From contig JANHCV010000004.1 of NCBI GenBank assembly GCA_025594325.1, positions 1,612,001-1,676,000 of the forward strand: DNA of 64,000 nucleotides, given 5' to 3'. The notes under the pieces were generated by a model that was not told where the DNA came from, searched no databases, and worked only from the letters and a program-made list of their open reading frames with translations. The position numbers and the translations under genes were made by a program. Each line of letters starts with the position of its first letter. The stretch's first letter is position 1. This document shows, piece by piece, positions 1 through 10,003 of the stretch. The DNA comes from Blastocladiella emersonii ATCC 22665 (Eukaryota; Fungi; Blastocladiomycota).

Positions 1-479
1 TCTCGAGCTCGTTCGCTTCTCCTCATTATTACACCGTCTCTCCTCAGATAGCGCTCCCTTTCAGGGAGCACTTTCCTCCTTGATCGAGCGTTTCGGGCCG
101 CGAATCCATCAATTTAATTCTTGAGGTGGAATTTGAGCTCATCGATTTACGTGTCTAAGTCTTCGAGTCCGGGGCTGACCCCATTTAATTTATTTCCATG
201 AGGAATCGGGTCACCTCAGGCGCGGTCGGGTATAGCCAGGCCCAGTCGGGTCAGGCTGCAGGTCCAATCGGGTCTGCTGCGAGCTCCAATCGGCTAGCCT
301 GGTTCCAGCGCCGAAATGGCGTTTCACGATGGATGGCCGAGTCGGCGGCGTGCGCTTTCATGGCGATCACAACTCAAGTTGACGACGGGAAGACTCATGC
401 AGACCGAGACAAAGAGGATGTGTTGAAGGGGAATGCGCGAATGTATCAGAATCTACCACACACACGATCGACAACCACT

Positions 480-2363
480 TTAGGCCTTGAGGGCGGGGAC
501 GAGGACGCCGTAGGGCTTGGTCTTGCCCTCGATATCGCCCTTGACACACTCGACCATGATCTCGAAGTTGAGCGCGTCGGGGCGGGCGTGCGGGGCCGTG
601 ACGCGGGCCCAGTTGCGGGCGGCCATGAGGTACTTCTGCTCGCACGGCTGGCCGGCGAGGTCCTCGAGGAAGATCGGGTGCATGTCCTCGCGCGTCTGCT
701 CGTCGAAGACGATCTCGCCCGACGACGCGTGGAGCATGGCGATGACGGCGCCCGGCGGCGGCTTGTTGCCGATGGCCGACGACACGATCTGGTACATGAG
801 GCGCGGGTCGCGCTCGGGGTCCGAGCGCACGTTCTCGTCGGCCGAGTACAGCTTGCCGGCGCCGCAGCAGTGCACGTCGCCCGAGAGGAACGAGACGCGC
901 AGGTTCTTGCGGCGGAGGGCCACCTCCTGGAGGCGCTTGATGGCGGCGTTGCGCTCGTCCATGTGGTTGTCGGCGGTCCAGTGGTCGTTGAGGTCGTCGA
1001 GCAGCTCGGGCTCGCCGAGCGAGTTGAGCACGTTCGTGTACACGGCCGACTTCTGGAACATCTTGACGAGGGCCGAGCGGCCGCCGTCCGCGCCGCCGGC
1101 GCCGACGAGCGACGAGATCGAGTCGATGGCCGAGGTGACCGTGTTCATGACGGCGCCGGCCGCGGCCACACCGCCGCCGACCTCGAGGCGCGGGTACACG
1201 AGCGGGATGGTGGCGCCGAACACGAGGTGCAGCGTCGAGGGCGCGAGGTTGTCGACGGCCTGCCACACGAGGTCCCACGACTCCTTGGACACGATCTGGG
1301 TGAGCGAGCGCTCGGTGCGCACGTCCACGGCCATGAAGGCGAGGTAGGGCCCGTACTGGGTCACGGTCGAGTGGCCGTTGACGCCAATGAGGCCGTCCTT
1401 GCGGGCGAGCGAGAGGTTGGTGTGGTGCTGGAACAGGAGGTAGAAGCGCTGGGCGGCGACGAACATGTTCTGCATGACGGGCGAGAGGCGCAGGTAGTCG
1501 GGGTACGAGCCGTAGCCGTCGAAAATGTCGTGGTCGTCCCAGATGAAGTTGAAGGGGATCTGGGCGAGGGCCTCGCGGAAGCCGTCGAGCTGGAAGTGCT
1601 TGAGGTACTCGTCAAAGTAGAACTTGTGGACGGCCTTGTTCATCTCGGCCGTGTAGGGGGCGTTCTTCTTGTAGTCCTTGGACGGGTTCTCGATCCAGGG
1701 GCGCAGGGTCGCGTCGTCCCACACCTTGTCCATGTAGACCTGGTCGCCGCCGCCCATCATGGCGTGGTAGGGCTTGACGGCGTGGTCGCGCAGGATGTCG
1801 GTCCACAGGGGCTTGATGCCGTTGAGCGAGGCCTCCTCCTCGGCGAGCACGTCCGACGAGAAGCCGTTGCACGAAGTAAAGGCCCACTTGTAGGGCTCGT
1901 CGCGGCCGGGGATGTGGAACGTGTGTTCGCGGCCAAAGTTGATCGAGTAGTTGACGGCCTGGGCCGTCGGGCGCAGCGGCACGGCGAACCACACGCGCCA
2001 GAACGAGTAGCCGTCGTACTCGTCGAGCTTGACGGGCAGCGACAGCGGGGCGCCGGCCGAGAGCTGGATGTAGGGGGCCTCGTGCGAGCCGGGCTTGACG
2101 AGGACCATGACCGAGTACAGGTTGGCGTTGTGGGCCAGGTCCGTCTTGACGAACTTGAGGAAGGGCCCGACGAACTCGGCGCGCGACGGCGGCGGCAGGA
2201 CCGTGGGCGGGCGCGACGCCGCGTCGCCGTGGTGCTGGTCGTGGCGGTGCTCCTCGCCGTGGTGCTGCTGCTGCTCGTGGTGCTCGCCGCCCTCGTTCTC
2301 GAGCGACGAGGTGCTGCCGAGTGCCGACTTGATCTGGCTCTTGAGCTTGCCGAAGAAGGACAT
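480..2363 (-). CDS. PhoD-like metallophosphatase (fungal type, no signal peptide), 627 aa, intronless
   Basis: Metal-ligand motifs GGGDQVYMD, WDDHDIFDGYGSY, DVRTER, DDLNDHW and FLSGDVH. Start placed at MSFFGKLK (accaccATG), with TATAAA about 110 nt upstream. Confidence 0.85.
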   Translation of the reverse strand: MSFFGKLKSQIKSALGSTSSLENEGGEHHEQQQHHGEEHRHDQHHGDAASRPPTVLPPPSRAEFVGPFLKFVKTDLAHNANLYSVMVLVKPGSHEAPYIQLSAGAPLSLPVKLDEYDGYSFWRVWFAVPLRPTAQAVNYSINFGREHTFHIPGRDEPYKWAFTSCNGFSSDVLAEEEASLNGIKPLWTDILRDHAVKPYHAMMGGGDQVYMDKVWDDATLRPWIENPSKDYKKNAPYTAEMNKAVHKFYFDEYLKHFQLDGFREALAQIPFNFIWDDHDIFDGYGSYPDYLRLSPVMQNMFVAAQRFYLLFQHHTNLSLARKDGLIGVNGHSTVTQYGPYLAFMAVDVRTERSLTQIVSKESWDLVWQAVDNLAPSTLHLVFGATIPLVYPRLEVGGGVAAAGAVMNTVTSAIDSISSLVGAGGADGGRSALVKMFQKSAVYTNVLNSLGEPELLDDLNDHWTADNHMDERNAAIKRLQEVALRRKNLRVSFLSGDVHCCGAGKLYSADENVRSDPERDPRLMYQIVSSAIGNKPPPGAVIAMLHASSGEIVFDEQTREDMHPIFLEDLAGQPCEQKYLMAARNWARVTAPHARPDALNFEIMVECVKGDIEGKTKPYGVLVPALKA

Positions 2364-2474
2364 GGTGGTTGGTGTGTGTCGATGCAGAGCAGGAGGTGTG
2401 GGGCGAGTGCGTGCACCGCTTAGCAAGGAAAAGACGAGAGCGGGGAGAGAGAGGGCGGCGGGTGGCGCGCCGCA

Positions 2475-2480
2475 TTTATA
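2475..2480 (-). promoter_or_regulatory. TATA box candidate for the PhoD-like gene
   Basis: TATAAA on the minus strand in GC-rich DNA, about 110 nt upstream of the ATG. Confidence 0.5.
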
Positions 2481-3064
2481 TCGCCAGCTTGCAGAAGTGG
2501 CGCACTCCTCGCTCGCGTTTGGCGGGCACCCAAGTCGGGCATTCGCCGATGATGGCGGGCGACGCAAGCCAAGTTCATGGCCGCGTGCGTGCGTGCAATC
2601 ACGCGCAGCTTCGCCACCGTCCCCGCCCACGCTGGGGCTCCGGAACAGGACGCTCAGGTCAAGTGCGCGGCGGCCCAGTCTGCACCGACCTGCCCGATTC
2701 CACCACGAACAGCAGGCATCGGGCGTGCTGGTGCCGGACTCGGCACTCGCCCAGTGCAGGACAGGGTTGGGTGCCCGGCTGCTCAACACGGACACGCTCT
2801 GCAACGAGGCCAACGCAGCGCAGCGACGATGGCGGCCACGATGGATCAACCACGACACGATCTCGGCGGCGAGGGGTCGGCAGCCGTCGCCGTGGTCGAG
2901 GGAAGGCTGAGCCGCGGCCCGTCGACGCCGGCCCGCGTGGGCCATGCCTGCCTACCGTTCGAGCACTCGCGGCCGAGGCGGAAGGTGGGAGACGGCGGGC
3001 GAGGCCGCGCGCAAAACGGGGAGGTGGCGCAACACGAGAGGCGAGGCGGTCACGGGGGCAAAAC

Positions 3065-3072
3065 CAGTCACG
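3065..3072 (+). promoter_or_regulatory. Homol-D-like box (CAGTCACG) upstream of RPS19
   Basis: Matches the CAGTCAC(A/G) element of fungal ribosomal-protein promoters. Lies upstream of a pyrimidine-rich putative start site at about 3290-3310. Confidence 0.45.
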
Positions 3073-3332
3073 TGCGTAGCGGCACGCATCAGGTGACGCC
3101 CGCGCACTTGGTTTTGGAGGCGGTCGGCGATTTGCGCTCGCGGGCGGGGCGCCTCGGCAACGCGCAACGTGACCCCGGTCGGACAGGCACGGCAGCCGTC
3201 GTCAACGGCCCTGGGGGCGGCGGGCGGCCGGCGCGGGCGGGCCCGCTCGCACCCCCGCTGCGTCGCTCAACGGCCTCACTCCACACTCTGCTGTTTCCCT
3301 CTCTTCCCAACTCGGCTAGCCCGCACCTCAAG

Positions 3333-3888
3333 GTACTAGCTGCCGCCGCCGCCGCCCTCACCCTCGCTACATGCTATGCGCTCCGTCCCGCTCGGCCGCT
3401 CGCTCGCTCGCACTCGCACTCGCTCCGGCTGCTCGCTGCCGCCACCACCGACTTCGACATCAGCATTCGCCGGCCCGCTCGCTGGGCCCGCTTCTCGCCC
3501 GAGCAGCCGATTCGGCGTCTCCGAGAGAGGATTCGTTGTAAATCATTCGCCTCCCTGCTGCACTCGACCAGATCTCTCGCTCGCAATCCCTCTGTTCTGC
3601 AACGAATCCTCTCCGCGAGACCCATTTACCATCCGCTAGAGCGACTGCTCGCGGGCCTCGCACCTCAACCGCCGTCCGACGTCGGTTTCGGCCGTCCCTC
3701 GTCGATCGAGTCGCTTGTCGCATGCGGATCCGCCGCCAGCGGCCGAGCCACCCCAGCCGAAATGTGACTCGGCAGCAGCAACAGCCAGTGCGAGCGAGTG
3801 AGCGAACGAGCAGCGTCGCCATCACCCACCCGCCCCCTCCATCCACACCGTCCCGCCGATCACCGCTAACCCACGACCCCCGTCCTAG
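3333..3888 (+). other. Probable 5'-UTR intron of RPS19 ending immediately before the ATG
   Basis: Branch point CTAAC at 3866-3870 and TAG at 3886-3888 abut ATG 3889. Best donor is AG|GTACTA at 3333; alternative GTGAGC at 3798. Confidence 0.6.
3525..3613 (+). repeat. 16-bp inverted repeat (15 Watson-Crick pairs + 1 G-U) enclosing 57 nt
   Basis: GAGAGGATTCGTTGTA (3525-3540) pairs with TGCAACGAATCCTCTC (3598-3613). Outer TCTC/GAGA pairs (3518-3521 / 3617-3620) follow a 3x3 internal loop. Confidence 0.9.
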
Positions 3889-4389
3889 ATGGCCTCTGTT
3901 AAGGACGTTGCTGCCGCTGACTTCATCACCGCCTTCTCGGCCCACCTCAAGAAGGGTGGCAAGATCCAGGTCCCCCAGTGGATGGAGCTCGCCAAGACCG
4001 CTCCCCACAAGGAGCTCGGCCCCATCGACCCCGACTTCTACTTTGTCCACGTCGCCGCCGTTGCCCGCCACGTCTACCTCCGCAAGGGTGTCGGTGTCGG
4101 TGACCTGCGCAAGCGCCACGGTGGCAAGGTCCGCCGCGGTGTCGCCCCCAACCACTTCGGCCTCGCCTCGGGCAACATCCAGCGCAAGGCCCTCCAGACC
4201 CTCGAGAAGCTCAAGTTCGTCGAGAAGTGCACCTCGGGCGGTCGCCAGATCACCGCCGCCGGCCGCCGCGAGCTCGACCGCATCGCCTACCAGGTCGTTG
4301 CCCAGAAGAACGCTGCCGCCGCCGCCGCCGCTGCCGCTGCCGCCGCTTCGGCTTCGGTCGTTGTTGAGGCTGAGGTCGCTGACGAGTAA
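3889..4389 (+). CDS. RPS19: 40S ribosomal protein eS19
   Basis: SVKDV..DFI, KELGPIDP, VARHVYLR, GGRQIT..GRRELDRIA. Highly biased codon usage and AATAAA downstream. Confidence 0.97.
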   Translation: MASVKDVAAADFITAFSAHLKKGGKIQVPQWMELAKTAPHKELGPIDPDFYFVHVAAVARHVYLRKGVGVGDLRKRHGGKVRRGVAPNHFGLASGNIQRKALQTLEKLKFVEKCTSGGRQITAAGRRELDRIAYQVVAQKNAAAAAAAAAAAASASVVVEAEVADE

Positions 4390-4454
4390 GGTCGCGCTCC
4401 CCCCTCCTCTGCCCCTTGTCTTGTGCGCCGGCCTCTAGCGCCGCGCGCACGGGT

Positions 4455-4460
4455 AATAAA
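4455..4460 (+). terminator. Poly(A) signal AATAAA of RPS19
   Basis: AATAAA 65 nt after the stop. Equivalent signals at 23192 (DUF1752 gene) and 31859 (RPS22). Confidence 0.6.
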
Positions 4461-4695
4461 CATGTCGTTATTTTGAAATCACCGCCTCGCTGCCTTGTTT
4501 GATCCTCCCTGTTGAGAGACGCTCGACTTGCGTGCACAAGAGCCCCGAGGGATCCATGGCCCGCACGTTGCCGACCGCGCTCCTTCTCCGTCCCCGCTCA
4601 CAGTGCATTGCGTGTGGTCAAAACTGGTGAATGAATGAAGGAAAAGGGAATGATGAACTCAAATGTACACGTCGCTCGCCGTCGTCGCCGCGGTC

Positions 4696-7159
4696 CTACG
4701 CTGCCTCGTGGTACTCGCCGCCACCGCCGCCACCGTTCTCGGCCGACGCCGTCTCGACACCGCCCGCCGCGGCATGCTTGCCCTGCTCCTCAGCGCCGCC
4801 CTGCACCACCACCGGCTGCGCGAGCTCGGCCGCCTGCGGGACCACCGCGTACCCACCCGCCGCGCCGCCGCCGCCGTAGTACTGCATCGGCACCATGGGC
4901 TGCGGCGCGCCGCCGAGCCACGGCGGCAGCTGCTGCATGTGCATCGGGACCGGCATGTGCGTCGGCGTCGGTGCAGCGCCATTGCCGAGGTGCAGCCCGT
5001 GCGCCATGGCGGACTCGAGCTGCGCGACCGCCGGATCGGTGCCCGCGGGGACCGGAGGAGGGGGAGGGGGTGCGGCGTAGTAGTAGTAGTACACGGGCGC
5101 CGGCGGGTACTGCATCTGCATCGGGATCGGCATGGGCTGTGGCAGTGCGGGCGCGTGTTGCTGTTGCTGCGGGTCGGCAGTCGCCGTCGTCGCGTCGCCG
5201 TTCGCCTCCTCCGGCGCGGACGACGGTACCGGGTACGCCGTCGCCGCGACGGGAGGTGGCGGGATCGCGCCTGTCGCCGCCGCGTACATGAACTGCGACG
5301 GCGTCAGGCCGTACTGCTGTGGGACGTAGTACATGCTCGGGACCGGCGCAGTCGGCGTCGCCGTCGTCGGGGTGCCCGTGGCGTCGCTCGACGGCGGCTG
5401 ATCGGGCTGATGCTGGTGCTGCTGGGTGTTGACGACGACGGGCGGGAGACCGGGCGGCGGGTACTGGGCCGTGTCGCGCGGATTCTGGTGCTGCTCGTAA
5501 TCCGCCGCGCGCGAGTCGTCGCCGCCATGGTTCTGCTGCTGGTGCTGGTGGTGCGAGTAGCGCGACGGGCGCGGGCCGCGCGAGAACCCGCCGCCGCGCG
5601 AGCGGTGGTAGCCCGAGCGCGTGTCGTCTGTTACCCGCAAATCATGTTAGCTCCCGTTCTGACACAGACGGACGTGCACGAGAGCCGACGTACCACCGAA
5701 GCGGCGCGTCGAGTCGCTGCCGTCATCCTGGTCACGGTCGTGCTGGCTGCCGCGCTGGTGATGGTGGTACGAGTAGCGCGCGGTCGGCGACTTGTCGTCG
5801 CGGGTTATGCCGCCGCCGCCGTCCCGCTGCTGCTGCTGCTGCCATGGTTTACGGTACCCGAGCGGTGGCGGCGGAATGTACTTGGGGTCGCCGCGCACGG
5901 GGGCGCCGGATGGGCCGGTGACCTGCGTGGGTGGGGTCAACGGGGTGAGTGATGGGCGATGTGGGCAGGTGGGTGTGCGACAGCGTACGTTCTGCGACGA
6001 GTAGCCTACGAGAGCAGGGGAAACGTTCAGGTCAGTCAGCGAGGAGACACAACGAGCCGCAGCAAGGTGAACGAACCTTTGGCCCCAAGGACGAGGTCAA
6101 ACTCGACCTCCTCGCCCTCCTCGAGCGACCGGAACGTCGAGCGGTGGGCCGCGATTTGCGACCAATGGACAAAGACTGGATTTCGGGGGCGAGCGATGGT
6201 GGTCAGTGAGAGTAGTGATCAAGCGACGCGCCGCGCCACAAACGTGCGCGTTCCGCGTTCGTTCGCGACTGCGCGCGAGGTGGCCCCATGCTCGCTCGCC
6301 GGCCGAGATAGCGCGACGGGATTCCCACCACCACGAATCGTGCGTGCGTGCTCGCACACGCCAGCGTGAGAAAGGCGTACGTACCCTCGAGCTCGTGGTT
6401 CGCATCGAGCGGCACGTCGGGCACAATGAACCCGAAGCCCTTGCTCGAGTTGAAGAACTTGACGCGGCCCGTCACGCGGTCGCCGACGGCCGGCGGCGGC
6501 ACGGAGGTTGTCGATGGCGCGTGGTCGGGCGTCGTTGCCGTCGCCGATGGCGCGAGGGCAGCGGGGGCGGCGTACTGGTAGTTGTGGTACTGGTGGTGGT
6601 GATGCGCCTCGGCCGCGGCGGCCGGGTACCACACGTGCGCATCGGCGCCATGGTACAGCGGCGGCGATGGCCGCGCTCCGTCGCCGTACACGGTGTCGGC
6701 CGTTCCGTCTTCGTCGTCGCCGACGGAGCTCACGTTACCCGCGCCGCCACCGCGGACGCTCCCGTACCCGCTCTCATCGGCCGCGATGGCGGGCGGCGTG
6801 GCCGCCGAGCTCGCGGCCGTCACCGTCGACGTCGGCGTGGCCACGGCCGAGTCGCCGGGCGATCCGCCGCGGCGGTGGTTGCACTGGTGGCGCTGCTGCT
6901 GGTGGTGGTGGTCGAAGAGCGGCGAGTTCGGGCAGCTGCTGCTGGCGCCGCTCGCGCCGCGCTGGTGCGGCGTCGTCTGCTGCTGCTGGTAGTACCCGTA
7001 CGGGTAGACGTGCGAGTGCTGGTACGGCTGCCGGTGGTACGCGTACGACGGCGGCGGTTGGTGCACGGCCATGGCGGCGGCGGCCATCGCTGCCGCCGAG
7101 GATGGCGAGGCCGAGAGGTCGGCGGCGGCCGGGTCGTCGCTGCTGCTGCTGGCGGTCAT
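4696..7159 (-). CDS. Cold-shock-domain (Y-box-like) RNA-binding protein, about 683 aa. Exons 7159-6385, 6175-6077, 6005-5989, 5922-5694, 5627-4696
   Basis: Spliced domain reads TGRVKFFNSSKGFGFIVPD...[47 protein letters not shown]. All four introns are GT-AG and the exon lengths sum to a multiple of 3. Confidence 0.88.
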
Positions 7160-7714
7160 CCTGGGGCGATCGGCACAGCAGAGGCGGGAAGCAGCGAGTG
7201 CTGTGGCGCTGGGTGATCAAGCGAATTCGTTGGCGAGAGTGCGAGAAGGGGAGGCGCTGGGAACGGGAACGACAAGCAGCAGCGGCGCGACCTGGGTCGG
7301 CAGTGCAGCGGTGGCGTGGAGGTGCTCGCTTCCGCTGCTGCCCCGCTCGCCATGACTGTGTCCGCGCAGCGTGTTGGGGGGACAGCTGATGAACAAGGTT
7401 CGGCGATGCAGCGCAAAAAAAGTCTGTCTGGCCCGTGCCTGCCCGTTCGTTCGGACGTCGTCCTCTCGACCCGAGTCGCTGCACTCGCTCACGATCCGCT
7501 CCAGGATGAGTTGATGACGGCGATTACGGTGGCGTGCCCTCGTGTGCCGCATTGCCGCCGCTCAGCGAGCGAGCGAGCGAGTGGGTGGGGTGGCGCAAAT
7601 GAAGCGCTGGCGGCGGTCGCGGCACCGTGTTGCGCCACACGCCGCATCGCGCGCGCGCTGACCTGCCCGCCTTGCAGCAACCCATAGATCAAGTGAAACG
7701 GGTGCAGAATGTAT

Positions 7715-9082
7715 TCAAGGGCGGCCCTTGGAGGGCGGTGGGGGCGCGCTCGGCGCGGCCGGGTCGTCGTACGCGGGCGGCGGCGCGTCCCACGCAAGGT
7801 TGGGCTCGGAGCTCGGACCGGCACGGTTCGACGACGACGACGCGCCGCTCGCGTCCCACGGCGCCGGGCCAGCCAGGACGCTCGTGTTCGGGAGGAGCGG
7901 CGGGTACGGCGCGGCCGCGCCACTGGCGCCGGGCGGGAGCGGCGGCATGCCCGTGGTCGGGTCGAACGTGTGGTACGACGACGGGTGCGTCGCAGCAGGC
8001 CCCTTGCCGGCGCCGCCGTTGAGCGGTGGTGGCGGGATGAAGCCGGGCGGGAAGGTGCCCGGTGCGAGCATCGAGGCGGGGATCTGGACAAAGGCGGGCG
8101 ACGGGCACACGAGGACGGGGAGAGACGCCTTGAGCGGACACGCCCACGACACGGACGCGTGCAGCTCGAGGGCGTACTCGACGCGGACAATGTCGGCGTT
8201 GAGGATCGAGGGCGCGAGCGTGGGCAGGACGCCGAGGTGCACGTCAAACACGTGGCCCGTGGTCTTGGCGGGGGCCGCGGCGGGGATCACCGACTTGGCG
8301 ACGACGACCGTGTGCACGTGGGTGTGCGACTCGGCGAGGAAGGTGTCGCGGCGCACGAGCGACACGGTCATGTTCTTGCACTTGCGCGACGACCAGTTGT
8401 CGATGTGCAGGCGCGCCGCGAGCGAGGTGCCCGCGGGGAAGGTGGCCGGGTCCAGCACGGTGCGGTCGCACGCGAGGCGCGAGTGCAGCGTGCCCTGGGC
8501 CCAGATCCAGCAGCACACCGTCTTCTGCGCTTCGACCGACCGCATCGCGTCGTACCCGGCGGCGACGGTCGGGTCAACGCGCGCGTTGACGTGGAACCGC
8601 ACGTGCGTGACGAAATCCGACTTCCACGGGCGGTCGAGGTAGGCGCGCAGCTTGTAGCGGATGTGGCCCGACTCGGACTCGAACGAGGTGGGCGCGTCGG
8701 GCGGCAGCTGGAACGCGAACGGGAACGTGTACTGGCCCGGGGCGAGGTCGGACCCGGCGACGAGGAAGCCCTTCTCGCGCGAGCCCCACACGGTGGTCTC
8801 GGTGTCGGTGACCGACTTGGTGGACGACACGGTGCGGCGGGTCTGGTGGTTGTGCGAGTGGTGGTGGGTGCCGTCGTTGTCGTCGCCCGAGTGGTGGTGG
8901 TGCGCGTGCGACGACGAGTCGGTGACCTCGAAGTGGGTCTTGATGGTGCCCTTGCACTGGATGCGGATGCCGCGCACCGACAGGGCGTCGACCGTGTGCA
9001 GCACGACGTAGCCCATGACCTGGTCGCCCGCGGCGTAGACGTGGCGGTCCAGTACGATGGAGAAGGCCGAGGGTGCCGACAT
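7715..9082 (-). CDS. Alpha-arrestin (arrestin N and C domains with a PY-motif tail), 455 aa
   Basis: YAAGDQVMGYV, PGQYTFPFAFQLP..PTSFE...GHIRYKL, and a C-terminal Pro-rich tail containing PPAY. Confidence 0.92.
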   Translation of the reverse strand: MSAPSAFSIVLDRHVYAAGDQVMGYVVLHTVDALSVRGIRIQCKGTIKTHFEVTDSSSHAHHHHSGDDNDGTHHHSHNHQTRRTVSSTKSVTDTETTVWGSREKGFLVAGSDLAPGQYTFPFAFQLPPDAPTSFESESGHIRYKLRAYLDRPWKSDFVTHVRFHVNARVDPTVAAGYDAMRSVEAQKTVCCWIWAQGTLHSRLACDRTVLDPATFPAGTSLAARLHIDNWSSRKCKNMTVSLVRRDTFLAESHTHVHTVVVAKSVIPAAAPAKTTGHVFDVHLGVLPTLAPSILNADIVRVEYALELHASVSWACPLKASLPVLVCPSPAFVQIPASMLAPGTFPPGFIPPPPLNGGAGKGPAATHPSSYHTFDPTTGMPPLPPGASGAAAPYPPLLPNTSVLAGPAPWDASGASSSSNRAGPSSEPNLAWDAPPPAYDDPAAPSAPPPPSKGRP

Positions 9083-9963
9083 GGTGTGTTGTGGGTGTAA
9101 TCCGCTGCAGTTACAATCACAGTTGCATGGAGTAGCGGGGGCGGGCTGCTGCGCTTCTTGAGGGAGAGGAGAGCGCGCACGGACTTGAGCGCGCGACGCG
9201 TCGGGCCAAGCCAGAGGATCTTCCGCCTCACGTGATGTTCCCTTGACGTGGCGCGGGCGCGTTCGACGCTGCGGTCGAGTCGTTCATGCTCAGCAGCACT
9301 CGCCGCAACACAGAGGACTCGCCGCAACGAAGTGAAGACGCTAGCGAGACTCGAAGAAAGCGCTCGACGTCCCAGTGAAAGTGTCTCGCGGCGGGTGCGA
9401 GACACGGCGGGAGCGCGCCGACCCCGCCGGCAGATCCGGGCCGCGCCCGTTTCAGGGTGAGAACAGTGACGCACTCGTAAGCTGCGACGTTATCGCGGGG
9501 CGGCCGGCCGTCGCAGCTTGCAGCCAATGATCAGGCCGCGACCCGACGTGCGACGCGGGGCGAGGCGAGGGTGTGCCAAGTGTGCGCGTTTCGCGTCGTT
9601 CCGCACGCCCGCGAGTGTGCGACGCGGCCCCGGTCACGGCCCCGTTGCTTTGCTGACGTGACGGCGGCGGCCATGGTGGGCCTCGCGGCCATGGCCAAGT
9701 TCTCACCGGGCCGGGGACCCTCCGGAGCACACCGCGGCGGGCCGGTGATGGTGGTGGTGGTCCAGCATGACCAACAGCGCGACGGCGCGCGATACAGATC
9801 GGGGGCTGCTTTGGTCCCGCTGGTCCCGTTGCCGTTCCCAGCGCGCGGCCACGAGCGAGCTTGCGGATGAGATTCATGCCGTCGCGGCCCGCGTCTCACG
9901 CGTCTCGCGTCGCGCCCCGTCCCCGGCCGCCGATCACGGCAGGCGCGCGGAAACCTTGTCGCC

Positions 9964-10003
9964 GCGGTCGCGGTCGCGGTCGCGGTCGCGGTCGCGGTCG
10001 CGG
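9964..10003. repeat. (GCGGTC)6 microsatellite
   Basis: Six perfect hexamers plus GCGG in the divergent arrestin/RasGEF intergenic region. Confidence 0.95.

Noticed and set aside
480-2363. Recent bacterial transfer of the intronless PhoD-like gene
   Set aside because: Codon usage matches the host, and several native genes here (RPS22, PSF1, RLP24) also lack coding introns.
198-2423. Long antisense or alternate-frame ORFs (also 13470-16790, 23310-25265, 41214-44015, 48958-51753 and others)
   Set aside because: Shadows of real genes caused by extreme GC3 bias. They are Arg/Gly/Ala-rich with no domain motifs.
2364-2945. N-terminal extensions given by the ORF track for PhoD, PTH1, PSF1, the phosphatase, POLG, the golgin and the zinc-finger gene
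   Set aside because: They lack coding bias, run through promoter/TATA regions or start at non-ATG codons. Internal ATGs with good context match the conserved starts.
3525-3613. RPS19 hairpin as a C/D or H/ACA snoRNA, or as a MITE
   Set aside because: No C/D boxes or H/ACA layout, no target-site duplication, and no second copy seen in this window. Kept only as a generic structured element.
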